Assembly (NCBI GenBank): GCA_937915915.1
Contig: CALGGN010000197.1
Span: 1-38,488 of the forward strand
DNA: 38,488 nucleotides
Direction: 5' to 3'
From: an uncultured Selenomonas sp.
GTDB taxonomy: Bacteria > Bacillota > Negativicutes > Selenomonadales > Selenomonadaceae
The notes under the pieces are model-generated. The model worked only from the letters and a program-made list of their open reading frames with translations. It did no database searches and was not told the origin of the DNA. Positions 1 to 8,594 of the stretch are shown piece after piece. Made by a program: the position numbers and the translations under genes. Numbering within the stretch: the first letter of the stretch is position 1; every line of letters starts with the position of its first letter.

Positions 1-1515
1 GCTCATCCGGGCCGATTTCTGGATGATCTCCATCCGTACCGCATCCGCTTTTTGTACGCTGTGCAGGATCACGGCAGAGGCAGATACGGTGTAGACGCCG
101 AGGCACAGCGCTCCAGCCAGCAGGACACGCTTGGTCACTTGCCCGGAACATGCGGATGATATCTCGGTCAGGCTGAAGATCGCGACAAAGCCCATGAGAA
201 TCATGCAGACGGAGCTGAATGTGGCACGAGCAGGGAAGGTGGGAGCAGCAATCATCACGAAGTTGTTGAAAAAGGCGAGGAAAAAGAGAAAGCATGCATA
301 GCGTACCGAGGGACAGAAAAAGAAGAGATCTGAGAGGGAAATGGATTCCTTCAAAAGCATGCGGTTTTCCTTGTGAAATCCGAGCGCTTGGCGGGCAGAG
401 AAGAAAATCAGGAAAACAGCCAGCCAGTATATGGCCATTTCTTCGAAACCGGCCATGACATTATCAAAATGCGATATGGTTTTTTCATCGGTCAGCCCAA
501 TCGGAGAGAGCACGGCAAAGACAACTGCGTTGCGGATCGCATAGGCAATGAAGGAACCGTTGAAATAGGAAACAATCAGGAGAAGAATCAGCAGGAAAGG
601 AAGGATTTTCGTCCGATATCCCTCCATCCTTGCAGGAGCCAGCTCGATGCCCCTCTGCTTCAGAAGGCGAGCCTGCAGGATGCGATAGGAAAGGTTCAGG
701 AGCAGTATCACCGGCAGGATATAGAGGATCATTTCCCCGTTTCCCGCGAACTGGTTTCCGATATGCTGCAGGAAGGGGGAGCTTTGGTCATCATAGCGGA
801 CATAGTTGCCCGGGGCGGCAAGCAGCACGAGAAAGCCGGCGATCGTCCCCAAGGCGCCCGAGACCATCCAGGGACGCAGCTTACGGTTCCGATGGCACAG
901 GTAAAGTATTCCGACGGACAGCACGCAGGAGGTCACCCCGAGGTTTTCGACGGAGCATCCTGCCATGATGCCGAAGACCAGCATGACAGGCACCATATAC
1001 CATCCGTTATGCTTCCACCTTCCGGCGAGGTAGAGATTGTACGGCAGAAAGAAGAGAAAGGCAGGTACGGCAGTCCAGAGATAGACGGTGGAGCCGCTCA
1101 TCCATATCGCGGTTTCCCCGAAATGAGGCAGACCGAGCCATGTCAGGAGCCCGGTTCCCGCAAGGAGGACGGCTTTTCCATCCAAGGAAAGGGACCGCCT
1201 GCCGTGCAGGAAGATGAGCAGGACGAGGGAAGCGAACATGGCCGCATTGAAGACATCAAACCAGCCTGTCCCCAGCAGCAGGAAAAGATCCAGCCAGAAG
1301 ACGCTGACCATGCGTCCTCCATGCTCCATATAGTGGTTGAAAAGGGAAGTGAAGATATCGCTGAAGGATGCCATGAGCTGCCCGGTTCCCCAGATCATGG
1401 AATAGTCATAGTCGTCCCGATGGAGGGGCATCATGGAATTCAGGCCATACAGAATGGCGAAGATGACGGCGAGCACCAGAAGGGGAGGGATCATCCCCTT
1501 TGTACGTTCATTCAT
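1..1515 (-). CDS. Polytopic membrane protein, probable GT-C-type glycosyltransferase (DUF6056-like); 3' end runs off the window
   Basis: Absent from the supplied ORF track because it is open to the window edge. My translation of the minus strand from ATG 1515..1513 (AAGGAGG 6 nt upstream) gives 505 codons with no stop: MNERTKGMIPPLLVLAVIFAILYGLNSMMPLHRDDYDYSMIWG...HYMEHGGRMVSVFW...APGNYVRYDD, with many hydrophobic helices. The start overlaps the stop of the upstream GT2 gene by 8 nt (ATGAATGA). It shares N-terminal motifs with ORF 20919..22328 (PLSYGDDYVYCFIW, YYMHWGGRLVG). The family name is recalled, not searched. Confidence 0.6.
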   Translation of the reverse strand, partial: MNERTKGMIPPLLVLAVIFAILYGLNSMMPLHRDDYDYSMIWGTGQLMASFSDIFTSLFNHYMEHGGRMVSVFWLDLFLLLGTGWFDVFNAAMFASLVLLIFLHGRRSLSLDGKAVLLAGTGLLTWLGLPHFGETAIWMSGSTVYLWTAVPAFLFFLPYNLYLAGRWKHNGWYMVPVMLVFGIMAGCSVENLGVTSCVLSVGILYLCHRNRKLRPWMVSGALGTIAGFLVLLAAPGNYVRYDDQSSPFLQHIGNQFAGNGEMILYILPVILLLNLSYRILQARLLKQRGIELAPARMEGYRTKILPFLLILLLIVSYFNGSFIAYAIRNAVVFAVLSPIGLTDEKTISHFDNVMAGFEEMAIYWLAVFLIFFSARQALGFHKENRMLLKESISLSDLFFFCPSVRYACFLFFLAFFNNFVMIAAPTFPARATFSSVCMILMGFVAIFSLTEISSACSGQVTKRVLLAGALCLGVYTVSASAVILHSVQKADAVRMEIIQKSARMS

Positions 1516-2518
1516 GGATTTCCTCCTTGGTCTTTTCTGCTGTGCGGAAATTCCTTTCCACAGGCTTGATATCCGGAACATAGGTGACAGGGTTCCCGTC
1601 ATGTTCATCGATCAGGTAGATGGGACGATTCTTGCTCTCATTGAAGATGCGCCCCAGATATTCCCCGATAATGCCCAGGGAAAGCAGCTGGACGCCCCCC
1701 AAAAAGAGCATGACGGTCATGATTGTCGGATAGCCCGCCACCGGATCGCCATAGAGAAGCGCGTTGATGAGCACAAAGAACATATAGCAGGTGGCGAGCA
1801 TGGAGATCAAAAGCCCCAAGCAGGTCGTCAGGCGCAGGGGAACCGTCGTGAAGGAGGTAATGCCCTCTAGGGCGAGATTCACCAGAGAAAAGTAGTTCCA
1901 TGTGGTCTTTCCGGCTGCTCTCGTCTGCACTTCAAAGGGCAGTTCCTTCTTCCGGTATCCAATCCAGGTGAAGATGCCCTTGGTATAGCGCTGGCTTTCG
2001 CGCAGCAGCCGCAGGGAAGCCACACAGCGGCGATCCATCAAACGGAAGTCACCCACATTTTGCTGCATGGGAACCTTGCTCAGGAAGGAAATGCAGGAAT
2101 AGAACGCCTGAGTCAGGCATCGCTTGACCCACCCCTCATCCTTTCGGTTCTTCCGCTTGGCACACACATCATCATATCCCTGCTTCCAATACCTGACCAT
2201 TTCAGGAATCATCTCGGGCGGATGCTGCAGATCCGCATCCATGATGATCACGGCATCCCCTTCCGCATAATCCAGCCCTGCCAGCATAGCCGCTTCCTTG
2301 CCAAAATTTCTGGACAGGCTCAAATAGGACACATCCTCATGTTTTTGAGATAATTCCCTCAAAATATCCAAGGTATGATCCTTACTTCCGTCATTGATAA
2401 ATAAAAAACGAAAAGATATATTTGAAATGGATTTTGTAACAAAAGAAACTTCTTTATAAAATAAATTCAGAACTTCTTGTTCATTAAAACATGGAATAAT
2501 GAGTGTAATTATATTCAT
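1508..2518 (-). CDS. GT2 polyprenyl-phosphate glycosyltransferase (GtrB/CsbB/ArnC-like)
   Basis: 336 aa. GT-A signatures IIPCFNEQ, INDGSKD, LSRNFGKEAA, IMDADLQHPPE. Two C-terminal TM helices with IGEYLGRIF, typical of Und-P-sugar synthases. Confidence 0.9.
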   Translation of the reverse strand: MNIITLIIPCFNEQEVLNLFYKEVSFVTKSISNISFRFLFINDGSKDHTLDILRELSQKHEDVSYLSLSRNFGKEAAMLAGLDYAEGDAVIIMDADLQHPPEMIPEMVRYWKQGYDDVCAKRKNRKDEGWVKRCLTQAFYSCISFLSKVPMQQNVGDFRLMDRRCVASLRLLRESQRYTKGIFTWIGYRKKELPFEVQTRAAGKTTWNYFSLVNLALEGITSFTTVPLRLTTCLGLLISMLATCYMFFVLINALLYGDPVAGYPTIMTVMLFLGGVQLLSLGIIGEYLGRIFNESKNRPIYLIDEHDGNPVTYVPDIKPVERNFRTAEKTKEEIHE

Positions 2519-2520
2519 TA

Positions 2521-3390
2521 TCAGGTATCCTCAAATAAATCTTTAAAATTTATTAGGTGTATTTTATTTCTATCTATTATTTCTTTTATTTTCACAGATG
2601 TAATAGATAAAAATTCTGCTTTAAAATCGTGTTCCCATGCGCAATCCCTTTGTAATACCTCATTCTCCATGCCGGGATGCAGCATGACCTCCGTGGTTCC
2701 GGATGCCAGATGATGGAGCAGATCAACGAGATGCGACTCATCGAATGCCTCTCCTGCCACGATGCCAGCAAAGTGATTCGGCACGAAAAAATGATGGCGC
2801 TCTGCCTTGAGCGTTGCCATGAAAGCGAGAGATCCAAGGCCGAGCCTTCCAATGAACTGCCCGATGCTTGGTACACCGCTCCCACGATAAAAGATGGAGG
2901 TCCGGGGAGCTCTGACGGCACGGATATCTGCGGATGCGGCAAGCTGCAGCACGACGTCGATGATGCCCGGCAGCGTATGCATGTGCTGATGGCTGTCCAC
3001 ATGCGTGAGTTCCAGTCCCGTGCGTCTCATCTTTGTGAGCTGTGCCGCAAGCTCGCTTCTCACTTCTTCGATCCTGATTTTCCCCGTGAGGAAGCGCTTT
3101 ACGAAAATCGCGTGATTGTCATAGAAGAGGCCGTTCCGGTCCACAAGGGAAGGAATCGCGGACGGGGGAAGGATGGGATTGCCGTTCACGAGGGTGAAGT
3201 GGATGCCCACTCCGAGTTTCGGCTGCCTTCTGGCGACCGCCACAGCATCATCGAAGGCCGCTCCCCCCGGCATCAGCGTAGCGGAGCGCAGGCATCCCTC
3301 GGAAACGCCAAGCTCCACGGCACGGTTAATCAATTCATGCCGCCCAAAATCATCTGCATTCAAGATAAGCTGATACAACTTGCCACACAT
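2521..3390 (-). CDS. YdjC/ChbG/HpnK/NaxD-family carbohydrate deacetylase
   Basis: 289 aa. LNADDFG near the N terminus and the THVDSHQHMH core are typical of the YdjC superfamily. Only 2 nt separate it from the downstream GT2 gene. Confidence 0.85.
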   Translation of the reverse strand: MCGKLYQLILNADDFGRHELINRAVELGVSEGCLRSATLMPGGAAFDDAVAVARRQPKLGVGIHFTLVNGNPILPPSAIPSLVDRNGLFYDNHAIFVKRFLTGKIRIEEVRSELAAQLTKMRRTGLELTHVDSHQHMHTLPGIIDVVLQLAASADIRAVRAPRTSIFYRGSGVPSIGQFIGRLGLGSLAFMATLKAERHHFFVPNHFAGIVAGEAFDESHLVDLLHHLASGTTEVMLHPGMENEVLQRDCAWEHDFKAEFLSITSVKIKEIIDRNKIHLINFKDLFEDT

Positions 3391-3634
3391 CCTATTTCCG
3401 AATTCATTCTATCCTATAGTATAACGCGAATTGCGGTGTGAATCTAGTCCTATACTCGCAAGCGAGACGAAAAATCCTAAGAGCCTAAACAGGTTCTAAC
3501 AGCGCGCGTCATGGGTTTTCAAAAAAACTTTGATTTTTTGACTTTTTATTCTTGCAAAGCCGGGAAGACTGTGTTATCGTTTATATTGTAGCATAGAAGA
3601 TGATAATAAGTTTCACATGATGGAGGGAAATCTT

Positions 3635-4504
3635 ATGAACACGCTTAAAACTACCATGCTCATGGCGCTGCTGACAGGCATCATGGTGGCTGCAGGCGGA
3701 GCATTGGGCGGCAATTCGATGGCATTTATGATGCTCATCGTTTCGATTGGCATGAATCTGTTCGGCTACTGGTTCAGCGACAGCATCGTGCTCAAGTCTT
3801 ACGGAGCAAGGGAAGTGTCGGAGTCGGAGGCACCGGAGCTATATCATCTGGTGGAAAAGCTTGCGGACAAGGCGCAGCTTCCCATGCCGAAGGTCTGCGT
3901 CATTGACAGCAATGTGCCGAATGCCTTTGCAACGGGGCGCAGCCCATCCCATGCGGCTGTGGCGGTCACGACGGGCATCATGCGGGCGCTCAACTACAAT
4001 GAGCTTTCCGGTGTGCTGGCGCACGAGCTTTCTCATGTGAAGCATCGGGATACTTTGATTTCCACGATTGCTGCCTGCATGGCGGGCGTGATTTCCATGA
4101 TTGCCCAGTTCGCGCAGTTCGCGGCCATCTTTGGGGGGCGCAGCGATGATGACGAGGGCGGCAATCCGATTGCGACCCTTGTGACGATCATCGTGGCGCC
4201 GATTGCGGCCATGCTGATCCAGATGGCGATTTCCCGTTCCCGCGAGTATGAGGCGGACAAGAGCGGGGGAGAGATCTGCGGCAATCCGAACTATCTGGCG
4301 GATGCTCTGGAGAAAATCGAGTACTATGCGACCCATGCGGCTCCCATGCAGCAGGCGACACAGGCCACATCCCATCTCTTCATTGTCAATCCCTTGTCGG
4401 GTGCGGGAAAGACCATGCAAAGCCTGTTCAGCACCCATCCTGCAACTTCCGAGCGCATCGCTCTTCTGCGCCAGCAGGCATCCGAGATGCGCCTGCTTCG
4501 TTAA
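3635..4504 (+). CDS. htpX: HtpX-type M48 zinc metalloprotease
   Basis: HELSHVKHRD (HEXXH), N-terminal and central TM segments, C-terminal STHPATSERI. ATG 3635 is preferred over track start 3617 because GGAGGG (3622..3627) lies 7 nt upstream. Confidence 0.9.
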   Translation: MNTLKTTMLMALLTGIMVAAGGALGGNSMAFMMLIVSIGMNLFGYWFSDSIVLKSYGAREVSESEAPELYHLVEKLADKAQLPMPKVCVIDSNVPNAFATGRSPSHAAVAVTTGIMRALNYNELSGVLAHELSHVKHRDTLISTIAACMAGVISMIAQFAQFAAIFGGRSDDDEGGNPIATLVTIIVAPIAAMLIQMAISRSREYEADKSGGEICGNPNYLADALEKIEYYATHAAPMQQATQATSHLFIVNPLSGAGKTMQSLFSTHPATSERIALLRQQASEMRLLR

Positions 4505-4515
4505 CAGAATCACTG

Positions 4516-4543
4516 AGCCGGGCAAAGAACAAGCCCGGCTTTA
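4516..4543 (+). terminator. Hairpin after htpX (AGCCGGGC-9 nt loop-GCCCGGCT followed by TTT)
   Basis: Perfect 8-bp GC-rich stem at 4516..4523 / 4533..4540, 12 nt after the htpX stop. The T tract is short. Confidence 0.55.
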
Positions 4544-4559
4544 ACTATGTGCTTCTTCG

Positions 4560-4588
4560 TAGACAAGCCGATGGTTTTGAGGTACAAT
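4560..4588 (+). promoter_or_regulatory. Sigma70-like promoter TAGACA-N17-TACAAT upstream of the GtrA-family gene
   Basis: -35 at 4560..4565 and -10 at 4583..4588, with 17-nt spacing counted in the sequence. The -10 overlaps track ATG 4587, which argues for the downstream GTG 4635 start. Confidence 0.4.
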
Positions 4589-4634
4589 GGGTGAAGTTGA
4601 AGTTTTCTTTTCGAATTGTTCAGGGAGGTTCGGT

Positions 4635-5087
4635 GTGAGGCGTTTTGTTTTTCCGATGGCATCCCTGTTCCATGCGAAGCGCAGCCAGTTCATGGAATTC
4701 TTCCGCTTCGGGGTCGTGGGCGGGATCTCGTTTCTGGCGGATTTCGGATCCCTTTTTGTGCTCCGCGAGACGGTTCTTTCGGGAAGCCTGACGGAGCTTT
4801 ATATCGCGACGGTACTGGCGTTCCTGGTCGGTCTCGCCGTGAATACCGTACTTGCCGTGAAATTTGTGTTCCGCGATGCGGAGGTCGTGGCAAGCGGGCG
4901 GGGGAAGACGCCAAAGGATCTCTTCCGCATCCTCATCATCGGCATCATCGGCATGGCGCTCACGACCTTCGGCATGTATGTGGGAGTCGAGCTGTTCCTT
5001 TTAAACTATCTGCTCACAAAGATCATCGTGATGCTGATCGTGATGTTCTGGAACTACTTTGCGCGGAAGATATGGGTATTCAATTGA
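4635..5087 (+). CDS. GtrA-family membrane protein (candidate Und-P-sugar flippase)
   Basis: FFRFGVVGGISFLADFGSLFVL at the N terminus and WNYFARKIWVF at the C terminus, with 4 TM helices, which is the GtrA-like signature. GTG 4635 has GGGAGG 6 nt upstream; the track ORF starts at 4587. Confidence 0.8.
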   Translation: MRRFVFPMASLFHAKRSQFMEFFRFGVVGGISFLADFGSLFVLRETVLSGSLTELYIATVLAFLVGLAVNTVLAVKFVFRDAEVVASGRGKTPKDLFRILIIGIIGMALTTFGMYVGVELFLLNYLLTKIIVMLIVMFWNYFARKIWVFN

Positions 5088-5097
5088 GGTGAGTCTC

Positions 5098-5769
5098 TTG
5101 AAGAAATTCTATATGCTCATGGTGTTCCTGTGCATGGCGCTGCTCGCAGGATGCGGCATGGCGCAGGGAAGGGCGGAGCAGACGCCGGAGGATGCCCTTC
5201 GGGAAATGCAGCGTGCCGTCGCCCAAAGGGATCGGGAGCAGCTGTCGCGATATGTGGATTTGGAAGATTTTCTGGGCAGGACATATGATGAGGCCGGACA
5301 TCAGACTGCCGTCCGTATCGGGGAACTGGGCAAGCGATACCCCAAGGATCCGTTTTTTTGGCACGATACGGCATTCATGGAGGATTATGCAAAGGAATAT
5401 CGGGAAGTCAGCATGGAATTCATGCGGCAGATCCTGTCCCATTATTTCTCCGGGGAAGAACCTGCCTCGTCCTATGACGAGCATCCTACCTCATGGCTCT
5501 CCGGAGAGCTTGGGAAGCTCTATCGGGCAAGCCGGGCAGAGGTGACGGAAATCCGGCAGGATGGCAAGAAAGCCGTGGCGGTACTGCGCATCCAAGGGGA
5601 TGAAAGTCCCTACGGCAGGATGACGGACGGCATCGAGCTGCAGCTCGGCATGGAGCAGCAGCCGGAGGGAAACTGGAAATTTACGCAGATCGCAAACATC
5701 GCGGGTTTGATCGTGCCCGTGACAGATGGGGCAGAGATGTTCTGGACCTATCAGGGATGGCAGGAATAA
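5098..5769 (+). CDS. Lipoprotein of unknown function
   Basis: From TTG 5098 (GAGGTGAG RBS upstream) the N terminus is MKKFYMLMVFLCMALLAGC, a classic lipobox (LAGC). The remainder is soluble and acidic with no recognised family. Confidence 0.65.
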   Translation: MKKFYMLMVFLCMALLAGCGMAQGRAEQTPEDALREMQRAVAQRDREQLSRYVDLEDFLGRTYDEAGHQTAVRIGELGKRYPKDPFFWHDTAFMEDYAKEYREVSMEFMRQILSHYFSGEEPASSYDEHPTSWLSGELGKLYRASRAEVTEIRQDGKKAVAVLRIQGDESPYGRMTDGIELQLGMEQQPEGNWKFTQIANIAGLIVPVTDGAEMFWTYQGWQE

Positions 5770-5791
5770 TATTTTTATTTGGTGAGTAGAT

Positions 5792-6919
5792 ATGATTTCA
5801 TTCAACGTGCCGCCAGTTGTCGGTGATGAGCTGGCATATATCCAGCAGGCGATAGCGGACCATAAAATCAGCGGAGATGGCGCGTTCACGAAAAAGTGCC
5901 ACGCGTGGCTGGAAGAGCAATGCGGCGCAGGGAAGGCGCTGCTCACGACGAGCGGCACTTCTGCCCTGGATATGGCAATGCTGCTCTGTGATTTCCATGA
6001 GGGGGATGAAGTGATTCTCCCCAGCTATACTTTCTCCAGCACAGCGACATCTGCGGTGCTTTCAGGAGCCAGACTGGTCTTTGTGGATATCCGTCCCGAT
6101 ACCATGAATATGGACGAGAAGAAAATTGAAGAGGCCATCACGGAAAAGACCAAGGCGGTCATCGTTGTTCATTACGCAGGCGTGGCCTGCGAGATGGGTA
6201 CCATCATGGCCATCGCGGAAAAACACCATTTGAAGGTCATTGAGGATGCGGCGCAGGGCGTGATGAGCACATATCGGGGGAAATACCTCGGAACCATCGG
6301 AGATTTCGGCTGCTATTCCTTCCATGAAACAAAGAACTACTCCATGGGAGAGGGTGGCGCCCTCATCATCAATCGGCCGGAATATGTGGAGCGCGCGGAG
6401 ATCCTGCGGGAAAAAGGAACAAATCGTTCCAAATTCTTTCGCGGTCAGGTGGACAAATACACTTGGGTGGACATCGGAGACAGCTATCTGCCGAGCGAGC
6501 TCAATGCGGCCTATCTTCTGGCGCAGCTCCAAAGAGCGCAGGAAATTTATGATGATCGGATGGGAACATGGCAAAAATATTGGGAGGCGTTCCGGCCTCT
6601 GGCAGAGCAGGGAAAGGTGGAAATCCCTGTCATTCCTTCGGATTGCAGACACAATGCTCACATGTTCTATTTGAAGCTTGCTGATTTGGAAGAGAGGACG
6701 AGATTCATCGAATATATGAAAGGGCAGGGAGTGCAGTGTGTGTTTCATTATATACCGCTTCATTCCTCGCCGGCCGGCAAAAAGTATGGGCGCTTTCATG
6801 GGGAGGATGTTCATACGACAAAGGAAAGCGAGCGGCTCGTGAGATTGCCGATGTACTATCATATGGAGCAGAAGGATATCGATCATGTGACGGAGAAAGT
6901 GAAGGAATTTTTTCAGTGA
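5792..6919 (+). CDS. wecE: dTDP-4-keto-6-deoxyhexose 4-aminotransferase, WecE/RffA type (DegT/DnrJ/EryC1 family)
   Basis: 375 aa, collinear with remembered E. coli WecE. Matches include FNVPPVVG.EL.YIQ, SGDG.FT..C..WLE, HYAGVACEM, GCYSFHETKNY (PLP lysine), REKGTNRS.FFRGQVDKYTW.DIG and NAHMFYLKL. Confidence 0.9.
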   Translation: MISFNVPPVVGDELAYIQQAIADHKISGDGAFTKKCHAWLEEQCGAGKALLTTSGTSALDMAMLLCDFHEGDEVILPSYTFSSTATSAVLSGARLVFVDIRPDTMNMDEKKIEEAITEKTKAVIVVHYAGVACEMGTIMAIAEKHHLKVIEDAAQGVMSTYRGKYLGTIGDFGCYSFHETKNYSMGEGGALIINRPEYVERAEILREKGTNRSKFFRGQVDKYTWVDIGDSYLPSELNAAYLLAQLQRAQEIYDDRMGTWQKYWEAFRPLAEQGKVEIPVIPSDCRHNAHMFYLKLADLEERTRFIEYMKGQGVQCVFHYIPLHSSPAGKKYGRFHGEDVHTTKESERLVRLPMYYHMEQKDIDHVTEKVKEFFQ

Positions 6920-7233
6920 TGCTATCTGCTATGGAACATCGTATCAGCGAAAGAGAAAAGGAAATTTTCACGGAAATTTCACAGCTCGCAAAACAATATG
7001 AGGCGGGAAAGATTGTCCTTTTCGGTTCTCGGGCGCGGCGTACGCACCGTCCGAAGAGCGATATTGATTTGGCCGTCTATGATTGCAGAAATTTTCGGGA
7101 TTTTTCTTTTGATGCAGATGAAAAGATCAGGACGTTGCTGCAATTTGACATCGTAAACATGGATGGCAATGTTTCGGAGGATTTGAGAAAGGAAATTGAT
7201 CGGGATGGAATCGTCATATATGAGAAAATATGA
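6919..7233 (+). CDS. Minimal nucleotidyltransferase (MNT, HI0073-like antitoxin type)
   Basis: 104 aa from ATG 6919, which overlaps the wecE TGA (GTGATG). LFGSRARR...SDIDLAV is the GS-X9-12-DxD minimal NTase motif. Confidence 0.8.
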   Translation: MLSAMEHRISEREKEIFTEISQLAKQYEAGKIVLFGSRARRTHRPKSDIDLAVYDCRNFRDFSFDADEKIRTLLQFDIVNMDGNVSEDLRKEIDRDGIVIYEKI

Positions 7234-7612
7234 TCATTTTATGAGCCATCTGTCTGTCCTTTTGCGCGCCCCAAAAGAGGATCTTTCCAACGAATTCATT
7301 GTCAGCGGAATCATTGACAAGTTTTTCATTCAATTTGAGCTCGGTTGGAAATTGTTGAAGGAGATGTTGGCGTATGACGGAAAATCAATCAGCGCCAGTG
7401 GCTCTCCTCGCTCCATCATCAAAGCTTCCTATGAATGCTATGACTTCATCGAGGAAGAGATTTGGCTGGATATGCTACAGGATCGCAACGATATGACGCA
7501 CATCTATAACAAATCGCGGGCAATGGAATTGGTGAACAAAATCATCCAATGTTACATTCCCGCCTTTGAACGTATGGGAAAAGCAGTACAGGAATGGAAA
7601 AAATGGAATTAG
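7220..7612 (+). CDS. HEPN-domain protein, HI0074-family nucleotidyltransferase substrate-binding protein (toxin type)
   Basis: 130 aa from ATG 7220, overlapping the MNT gene by 14 nt. Contains RNDMTHIY, the R-X4-H HEPN motif. All-helical composition typical of HI0074-like proteins. Confidence 0.8.
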   Translation: MRKYDHFMSHLSVLLRAPKEDLSNEFIVSGIIDKFFIQFELGWKLLKEMLAYDGKSISASGSPRSIIKASYECYDFIEEEIWLDMLQDRNDMTHIYNKSRAMELVNKIIQCYIPAFERMGKAVQEWKKWN

Positions 7613-7613
7613 G

Positions 7614-8594
7614 ATGGATGATATCGTGGCAAACGGAAAAAGGCTCTCTTTTGTGATTCCCTGCTACCGCTCGGAGGACACCATCACGGCAGTGGTGGAT
7701 GAAATAGGGGAAACCGTTCAGACAAGGGAAGGGTATGACTATGAGATTATCCTTGTCAACGACGGTTCTCCCGATGGTGTATGGAATGTCATCGAAAAGA
7801 TGGCAGAAAACGACTATCACATCGTGGGAATTAACCTCTCAAAAAATTTTGGGCAGCAATGTGCCTTGATGGCAGGCTATCATCACTGCTCGGGAGACTA
7901 TATTATTTCTCTTGATGATGATGGGCAAGCCCCAGCCAGTGGATTGTATGCCCTCCTTGATAAACTGGAAGAAGGCTATGATGTTGTCTATGCGAGTTAT
8001 GAAACTCACAGAAAACATTGGTTTCGAAAGTTAGGAGCAGAGTTTGCCTCCAGAACATCGGATTACATTTTTGAACAAAAACTTCCTCGTGGGAGCACCT
8101 TCTATGTCATGCGCAAATTCATTGCACAGGAAATGCTGCACTACAGGAATCCATATCCCTATCCTTTTGGACTTGTTTTGCGCATCACCCGTAAGATAGG
8201 GCTGGTTCCTTTAGAACACAGGAATCGTATCTCCGGCAGTTCCGGGTATACGTTAAAGGCGTTGATTTTTTTATGGGTCAACAGTTTTACGGCCTTTTCC
8301 ATCAAGCCACTCCGCATGGGGTCTTATTGCGGCTTTTTCTTGTCCTGCATCGGGTTTCTCTTTGCCGTTGTAACCATTCTTCGAAAATTGTTTTTCGAGC
8401 CAAATATGGTCGCCGGGTGGAGTTCCATCATTTCAATCCTGTTGATTGTCGGAGGTATGATCTTGCTTATGCTGGGCTTGATCGGGGAGTATATCGGAAG
8501 AATTTATATTTGCCTGAATGACTCGCCGCAGTTTGTTGTTCGGGATATTTGTGCACAGGGCAGGAAAGAAACGAAACAAGGAGCTGCTCCATGA
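7614..8594 (+). CDS. GT2 polyprenyl-phosphate glycosyltransferase (ArnC-like)
   Basis: From ATG 7614 (1 nt after the HEPN stop): FVIPCYRSE, ILVNDGSPD, LSKNFGQQCA, ISLDDDGQAP. Two C-terminal TM helices with LIGEYIGRIY. Confidence 0.85.
   Translation: MDDIVANGKRLSFVIPCYRSEDTITAVVDEIGETVQTREGYDYEIILVNDGSPDGVWNVIEKMAENDYHIVGINLSKNFGQQCALMAGYHHCSGDYIISLDDDGQAPASGLYALLDKLEEGYDVVYASYETHRKHWFRKLGAEFASRTSDYIFEQKLPRGSTFYVMRKFIAQEMLHYRNPYPYPFGLVLRITRKIGLVPLEHRNRISGSSGYTLKALIFLWVNSFTAFSIKPLRMGSYCGFFLSCIGFLFAVVTILRKLFFEPNMVAGWSSIISILLIVGGMILLMLGLIGEYIGRIYICLNDSPQFVVRDICAQGRKETKQGAAP

Noticed and set aside
373-1569. 398-aa plus-strand ORF from the track (plus nested ORFs 630..968 and 1433..1870)
   Set aside because: The composition is E/G/R/H/Q-rich with no family signal. 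It lies exactly antisense to a well-supported minus-strand membrane protein gene that has an RBS, TM helices, a paralog elsewhere in the window, and an 8-nt overlap with the upstream gene. It is a shadow ORF.
3391-3634. The 244-bp divergent intergenic region upstream of htpX, scanned for promoters, riboswitches and small ORFs
   Set aside because: Only weak hexamers were found (TTGCAA-N17-TATCGT). No convincing structured element or RBS-preceded small ORF was present, so no feature is reported.
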